A stretch of DNA of 63,894 bases, counting the filler. It is 6 parts of 6 records of this genome, joined end to end, with 100 filler letters (N's around TTAATTAATTAA, not from the genome) between each part and the next. Parts side by side here need not be neighbours in the genome. Positions count along the whole stretch, not along the records: positions 13,198 to 25,535 come from DRR723986_12533; 5 more parts are not named here. One strand, 5' to 3'. Numbering within the stretch: the stretch's first letter is position 1; each line of letters starts with the position of its first letter. Position numbers and translations under genes: made by a program. Shown here piece after piece: positions 14,731 to 25,535 of this stretch. Below the pieces are notes generated by a model. It made no database searches. It saw only the letters and a list, made by a program, of their open reading frames with translations, and was not told where the DNA came from.

Positions 14731-15282
14731 ATGATCCGGACTGCCCTGCTCGCCGCCAGCCTTATCGCGCTCGCCGCGCCCACCGCTTACGCCCAGGTAT
14801 CAGTGATCGGTGGCGGAATCGCCCGTGATTGCTACGAAGCGGCCCTTTACGGACGCACGTCCAACCAGGAAGGCGAGCGAATTTGCACAAAGGCCCTCGA
14901 GGCCGAACTGATGAAAATGGAGAACCGGGCTGCGACCTACACAAATCGCGGCGTGCTGCGCATGCGCGCCGGGGACTATGATGGTGCGCTGTCCGACTAC
15001 TCCACGGCCAAGAAGATGAAGCCTGAGCTTGGCGCGATCTGGCTGAATGAGGGAGCGGCCTACATTTTCCTCAAGAATTTCGACTCAGCCCTGGTCTCGC
15101 TGGACAAGGCGATCGCACTCGACAGCCAAGAGCTCTACGCCGCCCATTACAATCGCGCCATTGCACGGGAAAACACCGGAGATCTGGTTGGCGCTTACGC
15201 AGATTTTCAGAAAACCCTTGAACTCAATCCCGAGTTCGAGCGTGCAAAATGGCAGCTGACCCGGTTCACCGTCACTAATTGA
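14731..15282 (+). CDS. Secreted tetratricopeptide-repeat protein
   Basis: Signal peptide (AYA-Q), TPR units ATYTNRGVL...ALSDY, WLNEGAA...ALVSLDKAI, AHYNRAIA...AYADFQKTL. Confidence 0.85.
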   Translation: MIRTALLAASLIALAAPTAYAQVSVIGGGIARDCYEAALYGRTSNQEGERICTKALEAELMKMENRAATYTNRGVLRMRAGDYDGALSDYSTAKKMKPELGAIWLNEGAAYIFLKNFDSALVSLDKAIALDSQELYAAHYNRAIARENTGDLVGAYADFQKTLELNPEFERAKWQLTRFTVTN

Positions 15283-15341
15283 GCCCGGATTCCTCATGCA
15301 GGCCTCTTGCCGCCCCTGCTGCGGACGCGCATCTAGTCTGA

Positions 15342-16745
15342 ATGACAGAAAACGCCCTGCCCTTCGATCTCCGCCAGGCCACTGAAATTCTCGCTGACGC
15401 CGTACGCGGCGGCGATGACGGTGACCTCTATGTCGAACGCTCACGCTCCGAGAGTTTCGTATTTGACGATGGTCGGCTGAAGTCGGCCGCTTTCGACACG
15501 GATCAGGGTTTCGGCCTGCGCGTGGTCGCCGGTGAAGCGCAGGGGTCAGGTTACGCATCCGAACTCACACTGGAGGCAATACGCCGGGCGGCCTCGACGG
15601 CATCGGAGGCCAAACGCGGCTATTCGGGAAAGCTGGCAGCAAGTCCGGTACCGACGAATCGCCGCCTGTACCAGCCGATTGACCCAACCGCCGCGCCCGA
15701 CTTTTCCGTGAAGACCGGACTCCTGGCAGAAATCGATGCCTGGGCCCGGGCAAGCGACCCGCGAGTTGTGCAGGTCTCCGTCTCCCTTTCCGGCAGCCAT
15801 ACAGAAATCGACATCCTGCGCCCGGACGGCGCAGCCTTTTCGGACATCCGTCCCTTGGTGCGCCTCAACGTATCCGTCACGCTGGAGGAAAATGGCCGAC
15901 GGGAATCAGCCGGCGCCGGCGCAGGTGGACGAGCCGCCTATGACGACTGGATCCGGCCGGAACGCTGGCAGGACATGGTCCGCCGCGCCATTCGCAAGGC
16001 ATCGGTCAATCTTCAGTCCATCGCCGCGCCAGCTGGCGAAATGGAAGTTGTACTCGGCCCGGGCTGGCCAGCTGTCCTGTTGCACGAAGCCGTTGGCCAC
16101 GGCCTGGAAGGCGACTTCAATCGGAAGGGCACCAGCGTTTATGCCGGGCGGATCGGTGAACAGGTCGCTGCGAAGGGGGTCACCATCATCGATGACGGCT
16201 CCATAGAGGCGCGACGCGGTTCGCTCTCCTTTGATGATGAAGGCACACCAACACAGCGGACCATTCTCATCGAGGACGGCATCCTGAAAGGCTATATGCA
16301 GGACCGGCTGAATGCCCGGCTCATGGGCCAACAGCCGACCGGCAACGGCCGACGCGAAAGCTATGAAGCGCAAACCATGCCGCGGATGACCAACACCGTG
16401 ATGCTGGGCGGCGACAAGGATCCGGAAGAAATCGTCTCGTCGATCAAGCGTGGCCTATGGGCAGTCGACTTTGGCGGTGGCCAGGTCGACATCACCTCCG
16501 GCAATTTCGTGTTCCAGTGCACAGAGGCCTATCTCGTTGAGAACGGAAAGGTCGTCGCACCGGTGAAAAACGCCACCCTGATCGGCCACGGTCCGACTGT
16601 CCTCCAGGACGTGACCATGATCGGTAATGACTTCGCCATGGATGACGGCGTCGGCATGTGCGGCAAAGCTGGACAGTCTGTTCCGGTGGGCGTTGGACAG
16701 CCAACCCTCAAGGTTGGTGCCCTGACCGTAGGCGGCGCAGGCTAA
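15342..16745 (+). CDS. tldD: TldD metalloprotease
   Basis: HEAVGHGLEGDFNRKG, FDDEG, MPRMTNT, CGKAGQSVPVG. Confidence 0.96.
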   Translation: MTENALPFDLRQATEILADAVRGGDDGDLYVERSRSESFVFDDGRLKSAAFDTDQGFGLRVVAGEAQGSGYASELTLEAIRRAASTASEAKRGYSGKLAASPVPTNRRLYQPIDPTAAPDFSVKTGLLAEIDAWARASDPRVVQVSVSLSGSHTEIDILRPDGAAFSDIRPLVRLNVSVTLEENGRRESAGAGAGGRAAYDDWIRPERWQDMVRRAIRKASVNLQSIAAPAGEMEVVLGPGWPAVLLHEAVGHGLEGDFNRKGTSVYAGRIGEQVAAKGVTIIDDGSIEARRGSLSFDDEGTPTQRTILIEDGILKGYMQDRLNARLMGQQPTGNGRRESYEAQTMPRMTNTVMLGGDKDPEEIVSSIKRGLWAVDFGGGQVDITSGNFVFQCTEAYLVENGKVVAPVKNATLIGHGPTVLQDVTMIGNDFAMDDGVGMCGKAGQSVPVGVGQPTLKVGALTVGGAG

Positions 16746-16873
16746 AATTGCTGTAACAACCGGGCCTTGGGACTTGAAGCCTCGGAACCGTTTTGTCACT
16801 TTCTGGCCACAATCAGGCGGAGGCATGCGAACTGATTCGTTCGTGCGCCCGGTCAGTAGAGGACGGTGAAACG

Positions 16874-17302
16874 ATGCGATTCCTGACAGGGGCCCTTCTG
16901 GGAGCGACTTTCATGGCAGCTCCCGCATTTGCTGAGCCTGGTGCCCTGCCCGCAGATTCGGCTTGGCAAATGGTGCAGCGTGGCGAGATGGTCGTGCTGG
17001 ATGTCCGGACTCCAACGGAGTGGGCCATGACGGGCCTTCCCCGCGACAGTCACGGCATCAATGTGAAAGACCGGGACTTCATCGCGCAGGCTCGCGGCGC
17101 TGTGCTTGGGGACCTGGACCATCCAATAGCCGTCATCTGCCGGACCGGGCAGCGGTCAAGCGAGGCGGCTACTGCACTCGAAAAAGCTGGGTTCACACAT
17201 GTCTTCGACATTACGGAAGGCATGCTCGGGAATGACGAAACCGGAGTAGGCTGGCTGAAGCGCGGCCTGCCGACAGACCCGTTTATTCCCCCCTACCACT
17301 GA
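16874..17302 (+). CDS. Exported rhodanese-like domain protein
   Basis: Signal peptide, LDVRTPTEW, active-site loop ICRTGQRS, GWLKRGLP. Confidence 0.9.
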   Translation: MRFLTGALLGATFMAAPAFAEPGALPADSAWQMVQRGEMVVLDVRTPTEWAMTGLPRDSHGINVKDRDFIAQARGAVLGDLDHPIAVICRTGQRSSEAATALEKAGFTHVFDITEGMLGNDETGVGWLKRGLPTDPFIPPYH

Positions 17303-17340
17303 AGCATGTCTTCGACCGCATTTCGGATGAACAGTCCCAT

Positions 17341-17376
17341 GAAAAAGGGCGGCCCAGTCACGGGCCACCCTTCTCG
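17341..17376. terminator. Probable bidirectional terminator between convergent genes
   Basis: AAAAAGGGCGGCCC-agtcac-GGGCCACCCTTCT imperfect hairpin. Confidence 0.6.
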
Positions 17377-17402
17377 TATCTGATTTCTGCTGTTCGCAGG
17401 CG

Positions 17403-19007
17403 TTAGCTCAGCGTCTTGTCCGGCGCCCCCGGATCGGTGTTCGATCCGAAAGTATCTACGGTGCCAACATCCGCCACGGAATCGTCCGACAGCGTATCAA
17501 GATGCATCATCTTGGTCATGAAGGGCGCTGCAATCGCAAACAGAACCCCGACGCCAATCGCGAACCAGCCGACCTTTGTGTAGACCGACAACACGTTCCC
17601 GACACCTTCGCCGCCCGCGGCCGTCGCCTGAGCGATGATGGCCGCCACCGCATTACCAGCGCCCGACGCCAGGAACCATGCGCCCATCATCAGGCCGACC
17701 ATTGAAGTGACTGACAGGCGCGTCATGGCCGACAGACCAACCGGGCTCATGCAGAGCTCGCCCGTCGTGTGCAGCAGATAGATCAGGAAGATGAAGATCA
17801 CCGGCGTCATGGCCCCGGCGCTGGAACCGAACGCCAGAACGAGGAAGCCGGCGCCGAGTTGCATCAGAGCCAGCGCAAACTTCATCGGCGCACTCGGCTC
17901 CCAACCTTTCTTGCCAAGCCAGACCCAGAGTCCGGCAAAGACCGGGCCCAGCGTCATGATGTAGAAGGCGTTGATCGACTGGAACATGGAAGCCGGAACT
18001 TCCCAGCCAAACAGGTTACGGTCGACATGTTCGTCCGTGAACAGGTTCAGCGACGAGCCCGCCTGCTCGAACAGGCCCCAGAACAGGACGTTGGTGGAGA
18101 TCAGGATCAGCGCGACGATGATCCGGTTTCGCTGGTGCGCGTTCAATTTCGCGATCGCGCGCCAGACAATGTAGAGATACGTGATCGTCATGGCGATCAG
18201 CAACAGCGTGTTCACCGTACCCTGGCTGCGCACAAGGAACCAGACGATGAACGTTGTTACGATGGCGCCCAGCCAGATCATGTGCTCGCGATTCAGCGGT
18301 CCCACCATTGGTGCGACGAGTTTTGCCGGATCACTCGGCTCGCCCGCCCCGCGCAAGGCTGGCTTGCCCCAGACAAAGACGATCAGGCCGAGCAGCATGC
18401 CGATCCCGGCCGCGCCAAAGCCATAGGCCCAACCGAACGTCTCACCCAGGTAACCCGCGATGAGCGCCCCCAGGAAGGCGCCGGTGTTGATGCCCACATA
18501 GAAGATGGTGAAAGCGGAATCGCGCCGCGTATCCGTCTTCTTGTACAGCGAGCCAACGATGGTCGAGATGTTCGCTTTCAGGAAGCCGACCCCGACAATG
18601 ATCAGCGCCAGGCTGAAATAGAAAATATTGAGAACGCCCGGATCGGGTGATTGCCCATCCAGGACCGGGTCCCCTTCAACCGCCATTCCAAGGTGGCCCA
18701 GCACCAGGAAAATAGCCCCGATCGTGACTGCCTTGCGGGCGCCGAGGTATTTGTCGGCCAGGAAGCCGCCGATCACGGGTCCGATATAGACCAGCGTCGT
18801 ATAGGCGCCGTACAGGCCATAGGCGGCCTCGCGGTCAAACAGGAAGTGCTTGGTCAGATAGAGAACCAGCAGAGCCCGCATGCCGTAGTAGGAAAAACGC
18901 TCCCACATCTCAGCAAAGAACAGGACAAACAGCCCTGTCGGATGGCCCAGAAAGGTTTTCTCCTGCCCCTGGCCGGCAGCAATCGCGTTGTCGGTCACCT
19001 GTTTCAC
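17403..19007 (-). CDS. POT/PTR family di/tripeptide MFS transporter
   Basis: GHP.GL, EMWERFSYYGMRA (ExxERFxYY), FTIFYVGIN.GAF, GEL..SPVGLS. Confidence 0.95.
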   Translation of the reverse strand: MKQVTDNAIAAGQGQEKTFLGHPTGLFVLFFAEMWERFSYYGMRALLVLYLTKHFLFDREAAYGLYGAYTTLVYIGPVIGGFLADKYLGARKAVTIGAIFLVLGHLGMAVEGDPVLDGQSPDPGVLNIFYFSLALIIVGVGFLKANISTIVGSLYKKTDTRRDSAFTIFYVGINTGAFLGALIAGYLGETFGWAYGFGAAGIGMLLGLIVFVWGKPALRGAGEPSDPAKLVAPMVGPLNREHMIWLGAIVTTFIVWFLVRSQGTVNTLLLIAMTITYLYIVWRAIAKLNAHQRNRIIVALILISTNVLFWGLFEQAGSSLNLFTDEHVDRNLFGWEVPASMFQSINAFYIMTLGPVFAGLWVWLGKKGWEPSAPMKFALALMQLGAGFLVLAFGSSAGAMTPVIFIFLIYLLHTTGELCMSPVGLSAMTRLSVTSMVGLMMGAWFLASGAGNAVAAIIAQATAAGGEGVGNVLSVYTKVGWFAIGVGVLFAIAAPFMTKMMHLDTLSDDSVADVGTVDTFGSNTDPGAPDKTLS

Positions 19008-19105
19008 TCCCTCAGCTTCCCTGAATTGCGCATATTGAGCGTGCTATGCGGCAAGGCTCAAGGCAGTTTCTGCTTTTTCGAAAGGAATAGAGGGAAGGCT
19101 ATGCC

Positions 19106-20485
19106 CTAGTAAGCCTTTTCCGTGAAAACGTGGCGCACGTCTCGGTTCCAGGCGCCATAGTAGCGTTCCAGAAGCCGGTCCGCCGGCGTTTTGCCGGATC
19201 GGGCGATCTCGTCGAGTTCGGCAAGGTAACCAGTTTCATTCTCGCCAGATGCGGAGAGATTGTTACGGTTGCTGAGACCGATACGGGCAAGGTCCAGCAT
19301 CTCTATTGCCAGGTCCTGCATTGTGGCACCGCCCGGAATCGGCGTCTTCAGGCCAAGCGTCCGGACGGACTGGCGCATGGCTTCACGCTCCGCTGCGGTC
19401 CAGTTCTTCACGCGATCCCAGGCACCATCGAGACAGACTGGGCAGTATAACACACCCACCCAGAATGCAGAGAACGCGCACAAATGCGACCAGGGCCCAG
19501 CGTCGGAGCCACGCATTTCAAGGAATCGCTTCAGGCGCACTTCCGGGAAGATCGTTGAGAGGTGGTCGGCGAAGTCATCCATTGCGGGCAACTCGCCGGG
19601 CAGGATTTCCAGCTTACCGTCCATGAAGTCCCGGAAACTGAGGCCGCTGGCGTCCAGGTATTTCCCGCCGCGGCGCACGAAATACATCGGTACATCGAGC
19701 GCATAGTCGACATAGCGTTCGAACCCCATTCCGTCCTCGAACACAAAGGGCAACATGCCGGTGCGGTCCGGGTCGGTATCGGTCCATATCTGCGAGCGAT
19801 AGGACAGGAAGCCGTTCGGACGGCCTTCCATGAAGGGTGAATTGGCGAACAGCGCGGTACCGAGCGGCTGCAGCGCAAGTGCCACGCGGAACTTCTTCAC
19901 CATGTCAGCTTCGGAGCCGAAGTCGAGATTGGTCTGCACCGTGCAGGTACGGAACATCATCTGGCGGCCAAGGCGCCCGACCTTGTCCATGTATTCCATC
20001 ATGATCTTGTAACGGCCCTTGGGCATCACAGGCGTCTCGGCCAGGCTCCACAGCGGGCTTGCGCCAAGTCCGAGGAACGAAATGCCGAGCGGATCGGCAA
20101 TCTCGCGGACTTCTTCGAGGTGACGCCCGACTTCGGTACAGGTCTGATGGATGGTCTCAAGGGGAGCGCCGGAAAGCTCGAACTGGCCGCCCGGCTCCAG
20201 CGAAACGCTGGCACCGTCGCGCTGCAGGCCGATCAGCTTGCCGCTTTCGACAATCGGGTCCCAGCCGAACCGGTCGCGCAGGCCTTCGAGCATGGCCAAC
20301 ACAGAAGCCTTGCCCTCATACGGCAGCGGCGCAAGATTCTCACGAAGGAAACCGAACTTCTCGTGTTCCGTCCCGATGCGCCAGTCTTCCGACGGCTTGC
20401 AACCGGCTTCCAGATACTCGACAAGCTCATGCTTTCCCGCGATACGCGGAGAGGTTTCGTCGATGTCCGACGTTGGTGTGGTCAT
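19106..20485 (-). CDS. gshA: Glutamate--cysteine ligase (plant/alphaproteobacterial type)
   Basis: WRIGTEHEKF, SLEPGGQFELSG, MPKGRY, FPEVRLKRFLEMRG. Confidence 0.95.
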   Translation of the reverse strand: MTTPTSDIDETSPRIAGKHELVEYLEAGCKPSEDWRIGTEHEKFGFLRENLAPLPYEGKASVLAMLEGLRDRFGWDPIVESGKLIGLQRDGASVSLEPGGQFELSGAPLETIHQTCTEVGRHLEEVREIADPLGISFLGLGASPLWSLAETPVMPKGRYKIMMEYMDKVGRLGRQMMFRTCTVQTNLDFGSEADMVKKFRVALALQPLGTALFANSPFMEGRPNGFLSYRSQIWTDTDPDRTGMLPFVFEDGMGFERYVDYALDVPMYFVRRGGKYLDASGLSFRDFMDGKLEILPGELPAMDDFADHLSTIFPEVRLKRFLEMRGSDAGPWSHLCAFSAFWVGVLYCPVCLDGAWDRVKNWTAAEREAMRQSVRTLGLKTPIPGGATMQDLAIEMLDLARIGLSNRNNLSASGENETGYLAELDEIARSGKTPADRLLERYYGAWNRDVRHVFTEKAY

Positions 20486-20590
20486 CCCGAACCCCCTGTT
20501 GCGAACCAGAATGAGGCTTGCAGATAAGGTTGTTTCTCTTGAACGCCAACCGCGTTATTCTCACGAATTCGTTTAGATGAGAGTCCGCAG

Positions 20591-21229
20591 ATGACCAAGA
20601 TGACCACCGATGAACGCGACGACCTGAAAATGTGGGCGCGTCTGCACGTTCGGGGCGGCTATGAACCGCTGGAAGAAATCGAGGAAATCCTGCTGGATTA
20701 CGTTCAGGATTTCCGGAGCCCCCTCTCAGACCGCGACCGCCAGATCGAGGTTCGAAATGCCTTGGTGCATGCGGTGTCCGCGCTCATGGAGGATCAGGAA
20801 TCCTGGCCGGTTCTCACTGATTTTGACCGCCTCTCCCTCGCCTTCGATATGCTGGAGGATGAAGACATCGTCGCCCGCCAGCATTTCACCTGCTGCGGCA
20901 CCTGCGGCGCCGCCGAGATCGGCATCGAAATGGACGACTTCCGGGACATGTCCGGCCGTGAGCCGACGGGCTATGTCTTCTTCCACCAGCAAGACACGGA
21001 AAGTGCTGTCGAAAGCGGCAGCCTCTATATCAGCTATGGCGCGGCAGATGCCACGGCCTCTCCTGAAGAGAACATCGCGATCGGTCAGCGTCTGCACGAT
21101 ATCCTTCAGTCCGTAGGTCTTAAGCCTGTCTGGGACGGCAAGCTCAACCACCGCGTGGGGCTTGCGATAGACTGGAAGCGTCGCTGGGAAGGCGCCACGC
21201 CCAAGCCGATGAAGCGCTGGTTTTACTGA
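20591..21229 (+). CDS. Conserved hypothetical protein (DUF6891-like) with CCxxC motif
   Basis: TDFDRL..AF..LE...IVARQHFTCCGTCG..EI, GYVFFHQQD, WDG...I.WKRR pattern. Confidence 0.65.
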   Translation: MTKMTTDERDDLKMWARLHVRGGYEPLEEIEEILLDYVQDFRSPLSDRDRQIEVRNALVHAVSALMEDQESWPVLTDFDRLSLAFDMLEDEDIVARQHFTCCGTCGAAEIGIEMDDFRDMSGREPTGYVFFHQQDTESAVESGSLYISYGAADATASPEENIAIGQRLHDILQSVGLKPVWDGKLNHRVGLAIDWKRRWEGATPKPMKRWFY

Positions 21230-21347
21230 ATTCCGCAGAGTTTCTGCAGAATCCCTGATCTGGAAACATTATAAACTGCCATAATGTGGCGGAGAGAGGG
21301 TTGCTGCGTTTAGCACACCCGCAATTGGAAGATCGGAATCCGGGACA

Positions 21348-23006
21348 ATGGCCTTCGACAAAAATGAAAAGGACGACTCGTCCGCGAAAGAAGCCATTGA
21401 ACAGCGGCTGAACTGGGTTCGCCGCTGGAGCCGGATCGTTCTGCGCCGGCTTGCGCGTTCCGTGGAGCATGAGGAAGTCATCCAGCATGCCCGCGAAGAA
21501 GGACAGATGTCCGGACGCTTCGTCTTCATGGTGATCATGTCCTGCGCCATCGCGACCCTGGGCCTCCTCCTCTCGTCTCCGGCCGTCATCATCGGGGCCA
21601 TGCTTATCTCACCGCTGATGGGTCCGATTATGCTGATGGGCTTCTCGCTCAGCACATTCGATTTTCCAGCCATGCGCCGCGCCATGCTCAGCATGGCATG
21701 GGGCGTGGTGGCCGCGATCTCGATTTCATTCCTGATCGTCCGACTGTCTCCGCTGAGCGAAGTGACGCCGGAAATCATCGCCCGTACACGGCCGAACTTC
21801 TTCGACCTGCTGGTCGCCATCTTCTCCGGCCTCGCAGGCGGCTACGCCACGATCAACCGGAAAGGAGAAACCATCGTCGGGGTGGCCATCGCCACGGCCC
21901 TGATGCCGCCACTTGCTGTGGTAGGCTACGGGTTGGCCGTCGGTTCAACCGGAATATCCGGCGGCGCCTTCTTCCTTTTCATGACGAACCTTCTGGCCAT
22001 CGCCCTGTCTGTCACAGTCCTGTCCCGTATCTACAGCTTCGGCGCGAGCCACGGACGGCGCAGCACGCTCTGGCAAAGCGCCGCAATCGTGTTCGTCTTC
22101 GGCGCCCTCTCCATTCCGCTCGGTCTGTCCCTGCGCGATATCGCATATGAGACCCAGGCCGTCAGCACCGTGAAGTCCCGCATCCTGCTCCCCTTCGATG
22201 ACGACGAGGCTCGCATATCCGACGTTTCAGTTGCCTTTCCCCGCAAGGAACCGATCCTGATCGACGCAACGGTCCTGACCAAATCTCTGGTGCCGGATGC
22301 GGGGAAAACCCTCGCTGCTGACCTGATCGAACAACTCGGTCGGCCGGTAACGGTCAATCTGGGTCAGGTGCTGGTGGACGAGGACAAGGAACTGGAAGCC
22401 GAGGCGTTCCTGCGGCTCGCCGAATCCAGTCTTGCGGCGCCGCTGCGGATGGAAATGTCGCGTCTCGAACAATATGGTCAGCTACGCCAGTCGGAAGCCG
22501 AACTGCGCGCCGCCATTCCCTTCCAGGTGACTGCGGCCGACATCGACGCAGCCTCCCGTCAGGCGACCCTTATGGCCTCGCCACAACAAGGTTTGACCGT
22601 CACGTCCTACAGGACGCTGGAAACCGGACTTTCCGGAAACTTCCCGGATTGGTCGATCAAGGTCATCCCCCCGACCGGCGAACTTCCCCTCATCGGGTTC
22701 GACAATGGCGGTGATGTCATGTCTCCTGCCAACGCCGGTTTGATCGACGACATTCTCTGGGTGCTGGACCGCTGGACCGTGACAAGCGTGGAAGTCGTCG
22801 GATACGCCTCAACATCTGGCGAGGTCCGTCGTTTCGACAACCAGTCCCTGGCTCTTCGCCGTGCACAGAGCATTTCCACTCTTCTGGAGCAGAACGGTCT
22901 GACCGCATCACCGATCGGAGAATATCGCGCCTTCCGACAGAGTACGGATGAAAAACTGCGCGGCTACCAACGCTATCAGACCGTACTGATCCGCCCCACG
23001 GGCTAG
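21348..23006 (+). CDS. DUF389/TIGR00341 membrane protein with C-terminal OmpA-like domain
   Basis: IATLGLL.SSPAVIIGAMLISPLMGPI, GVAIATALMPPL; C-terminus F.NG....LS...VEVVGYAS..G...NQSLALRRAQSI. Confidence 0.85.
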   Translation: MAFDKNEKDDSSAKEAIEQRLNWVRRWSRIVLRRLARSVEHEEVIQHAREEGQMSGRFVFMVIMSCAIATLGLLLSSPAVIIGAMLISPLMGPIMLMGFSLSTFDFPAMRRAMLSMAWGVVAAISISFLIVRLSPLSEVTPEIIARTRPNFFDLLVAIFSGLAGGYATINRKGETIVGVAIATALMPPLAVVGYGLAVGSTGISGGAFFLFMTNLLAIALSVTVLSRIYSFGASHGRRSTLWQSAAIVFVFGALSIPLGLSLRDIAYETQAVSTVKSRILLPFDDDEARISDVSVAFPRKEPILIDATVLTKSLVPDAGKTLAADLIEQLGRPVTVNLGQVLVDEDKELEAEAFLRLAESSLAAPLRMEMSRLEQYGQLRQSEAELRAAIPFQVTAADIDAASRQATLMASPQQGLTVTSYRTLETGLSGNFPDWSIKVIPPTGELPLIGFDNGGDVMSPANAGLIDDILWVLDRWTVTSVEVVGYASTSGEVRRFDNQSLALRRAQSISTLLEQNGLTASPIGEYRAFRQSTDEKLRGYQRYQTVLIRPTG

Positions 23007-23013
23007 ACGGCGT

Positions 23014-23784
23014 TTAGCGCCAGTCCCCTTTCAGGGCTTGCCAGACTGAAAGCGCTGCGACGGCGGCGGTCTCCGCCCGCAGAATACGCGGGCCGAGACT
23101 GACAGCTACTGTCTGATCGCGCGAGCGAAGCCATTGGCGTTCGTCCGGGGTGAAACCGCCTTCAGGGCCGATAAGGATGGCGATGGGGATATCTGGAAGA
23201 CTGTGGAGCACGTCGGCAATTGACCCTGCCCGCCCGGTATCACCACCCCACGGCGCATCCGCATCGTCGCCCCGTTCGTCACAGAAGATCACGACTGTAT
23301 CCGCATCGAGCGCATCCAGCGCATGCGCCAGCGGTTGCAGGTCTTCCACTTCCGGCAGGTCCAGACGCTCGGTTTGTTCTGCCGCCTCCAGCACGATTTT
23401 CTGGAACCGGTCGAGCCGCACCGTGCGGGTCTGCGTCCGCTCCGTCAGGACTGGGGATATACGTGCCGCGCCAAGCTCCGTCGCCTTTTCGACGATGAAA
23501 TCGGTTTCTGATTTCTTCACGGGAGCAAACAGCAGTGTGGGCGCGCTGGACGGTGTGTCTGGCTGGGGGCGCACCTGCGCCGTCGGCAGGAGGCTCGCGC
23601 GCTTGCCTTGCACGTCTGCGATCTGCGCCTCCCATTCGCCATCCCGGCCATTGAACACCCGCACAGGCGCATTCGCCGCAAGGCGGAGCACGCGCAGCAG
23701 GTAATTGGATTGGGCATCGTCCAGCGGAAAGGCTGAGCCTTTGGCCAGGTCCTGCGTCACAAACAGTCGGGGTGTGGAACTCAT
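23014..23784 (-). CDS. rsmE: 16S rRNA m3U1498 methyltransferase
   Basis: EKATELG, EAAEQ, LIGPEGGF, SLGPRILRAETA. Confidence 0.96.
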   Translation of the reverse strand: MSSTPRLFVTQDLAKGSAFPLDDAQSNYLLRVLRLAANAPVRVFNGRDGEWEAQIADVQGKRASLLPTAQVRPQPDTPSSAPTLLFAPVKKSETDFIVEKATELGAARISPVLTERTQTRTVRLDRFQKIVLEAAEQTERLDLPEVEDLQPLAHALDALDADTVVIFCDERGDDADAPWGGDTGRAGSIADVLHSLPDIPIAILIGPEGGFTPDERQWLRSRDQTVAVSLGPRILRAETAAVAALSVWQALKGDWR

Positions 23785-23833
23785 GGGCGGGGTATAGGCT
23801 TATACAGGCACAAGGTTAAGTCAGGAGCGCGTC

Positions 23834-25207
23834 ATGCCAGACAGACAGGTCCAGTCAATCAACCCGGCCAATGGTGAGGTGCTCGAGAGCTTCACGCCTC
23901 TTACCGGCGCGAGAATCGAAACGGCGCTCGACATGGCGGCCGAACGCTTTCGAGCCTGGCGAAATGTCCCGCTGGCCGAGCGGGCCGAACTGCTCAACCG
24001 CGCCGCCGATGTGCTGGAAGCCAAAGCCCACGAATACGCTCGCGACATTACGCTTGAAATGGGCAAGCCGCTCTCACAGGCAGAGGCCGAAGTGAAAAAG
24101 TGCGCCACCGCCTGTCGCCACTACGCCGAGCACGGCGCGGCCTATTTGCAGGATGAAACCATCCGCACCGAGGCTCATCGCGCCTTTGTCCGTCACCTGC
24201 CCATAGGGCCGGTGCTGGCCGTCATGCCTTGGAACTTCCCGTTCTGGCAGGTCTTCCGCTTCGCCGCTCCGGCCCTGATGGCCGGAAATGTCGGTCTTCT
24301 AAAGCACGCCTCGAACGTCTGGCGGTCTGCCCTGAATATCGAGGACGTCTTCCACCGGGCCGGTTTTCCAGAGGGGTGCTTTCAGACGTTGCTGATCGGA
24401 TCTTCCGAAGTCGAAGGTGTCATTCGCGACAGCCGGGTCAAAGCTGTCACCCTGACCGGATCAGGACCGGCCGGGCGGAGCGTCGCCGCCATCGCAGGCG
24501 ACAGTATCAAGCCCAGCCTGTTGGAACTCGGCGGGTCGGACGCCTTCATCGTCATGCCTTCCGCTGACCTCGACAAGGCGGTGAAAACGGCTGTCACGGC
24601 GCGAATACAGAATTCAGGTCAGTCCTGCATCGCGGGGAAACGATTCTTCGTGCACTCCGACATCTACAATGATTTCGCCAAACGCTTCACCACTGCATTC
24701 GATGCCCTCAAAGTTGGCGATCCAATGAAGGCGGACACCGATGTCGGCCCGCTCGCCACTCTGGCCATTCGGGACGAACTCGCTGATCAGGTTGAGCGCT
24801 CCCTGAAAGGCGGTGCGGAGCGCCTGACAAAGGAGCGCACGGTGCCCGGTAGAGGTGCCTGGATCGCGCCGCAAGTCCTGGCGGAAGCGCATTCGGGAAC
24901 GCCTTCAGCAGACGAGGAGATGTTCGGCCCGGTCGCCAATCTCTGGAAAGTGTCCAGCCTCGGCGACGCAATCACCCGTGCCAACCGCAGCATGTTCGGC
25001 CTCGGTTCTGTTCTGTTTTCAAAAGAGGAATCGGAGATCGACGAAGCGGTACGGGATCTCGAAGCAGGTGCCACTTTTGTCAATTCCATGGTGGCGTCCG
25101 ATCCACGTCTCCCCTTCGGCGGGATCAAACAATCCGGCTATGGCCGGGAGCTGGCCGCTGACGGCCTTCGCGCCTTCATGAACCGCAAAACCGTCTCGGT
25201 GGCGTAA
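23834..25207 (+). CDS. NAD(P)-dependent succinate-semialdehyde dehydrogenase-like ALDH (Sad/GabD1 type)
   Basis: [45 protein letters not shown]. Confidence 0.9.
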   Translation: MPDRQVQSINPANGEVLESFTPLTGARIETALDMAAERFRAWRNVPLAERAELLNRAADVLEAKAHEYARDITLEMGKPLSQAEAEVKKCATACRHYAEHGAAYLQDETIRTEAHRAFVRHLPIGPVLAVMPWNFPFWQVFRFAAPALMAGNVGLLKHASNVWRSALNIEDVFHRAGFPEGCFQTLLIGSSEVEGVIRDSRVKAVTLTGSGPAGRSVAAIAGDSIKPSLLELGGSDAFIVMPSADLDKAVKTAVTARIQNSGQSCIAGKRFFVHSDIYNDFAKRFTTAFDALKVGDPMKADTDVGPLATLAIRDELADQVERSLKGGAERLTKERTVPGRGAWIAPQVLAEAHSGTPSADEEMFGPVANLWKVSSLGDAITRANRSMFGLGSVLFSKEESEIDEAVRDLEAGATFVNSMVASDPRLPFGGIKQSGYGRELAADGLRAFMNRKTVSVA

Positions 25208-25269
25208 CCACTCCCCTGACAGGTGCGTTGACCTGTCGGAATCGGGAATCCGCGCTATAAGCCGCTCCG

Positions 25270-25535
25270 ATGAAAGAGACACAACTCTCTCCTGCCGACA
25301 GCGCGCTACCGGGCTGGCTTTCCAGCCTGCCGGCTGGCCTGCGCCCCTACGCCATGCTGGCGCGCTGGGACCGGCCTGTCGGGATTTGGCTTCTCTATCT
25401 GCCCTGCCTGATCGGCCTTGCCTTTGAGCGGATCAAGACCGGCCTCTACCTGACCGACTTTCTCTGGGCGATCCTGTTCCTGATTGGCGCGATCGCCATG
25501 CGTGGCGCCGGCTGCACCTGGAACGATATCACCGA
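25270..25535 (+). CDS. ubiA: 4-hydroxybenzoate polyprenyltransferase, N-terminal part (truncated)
   Basis: LARWDRPVGIWLLYLPC, MRGAGCTWND. Confidence 0.95.
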
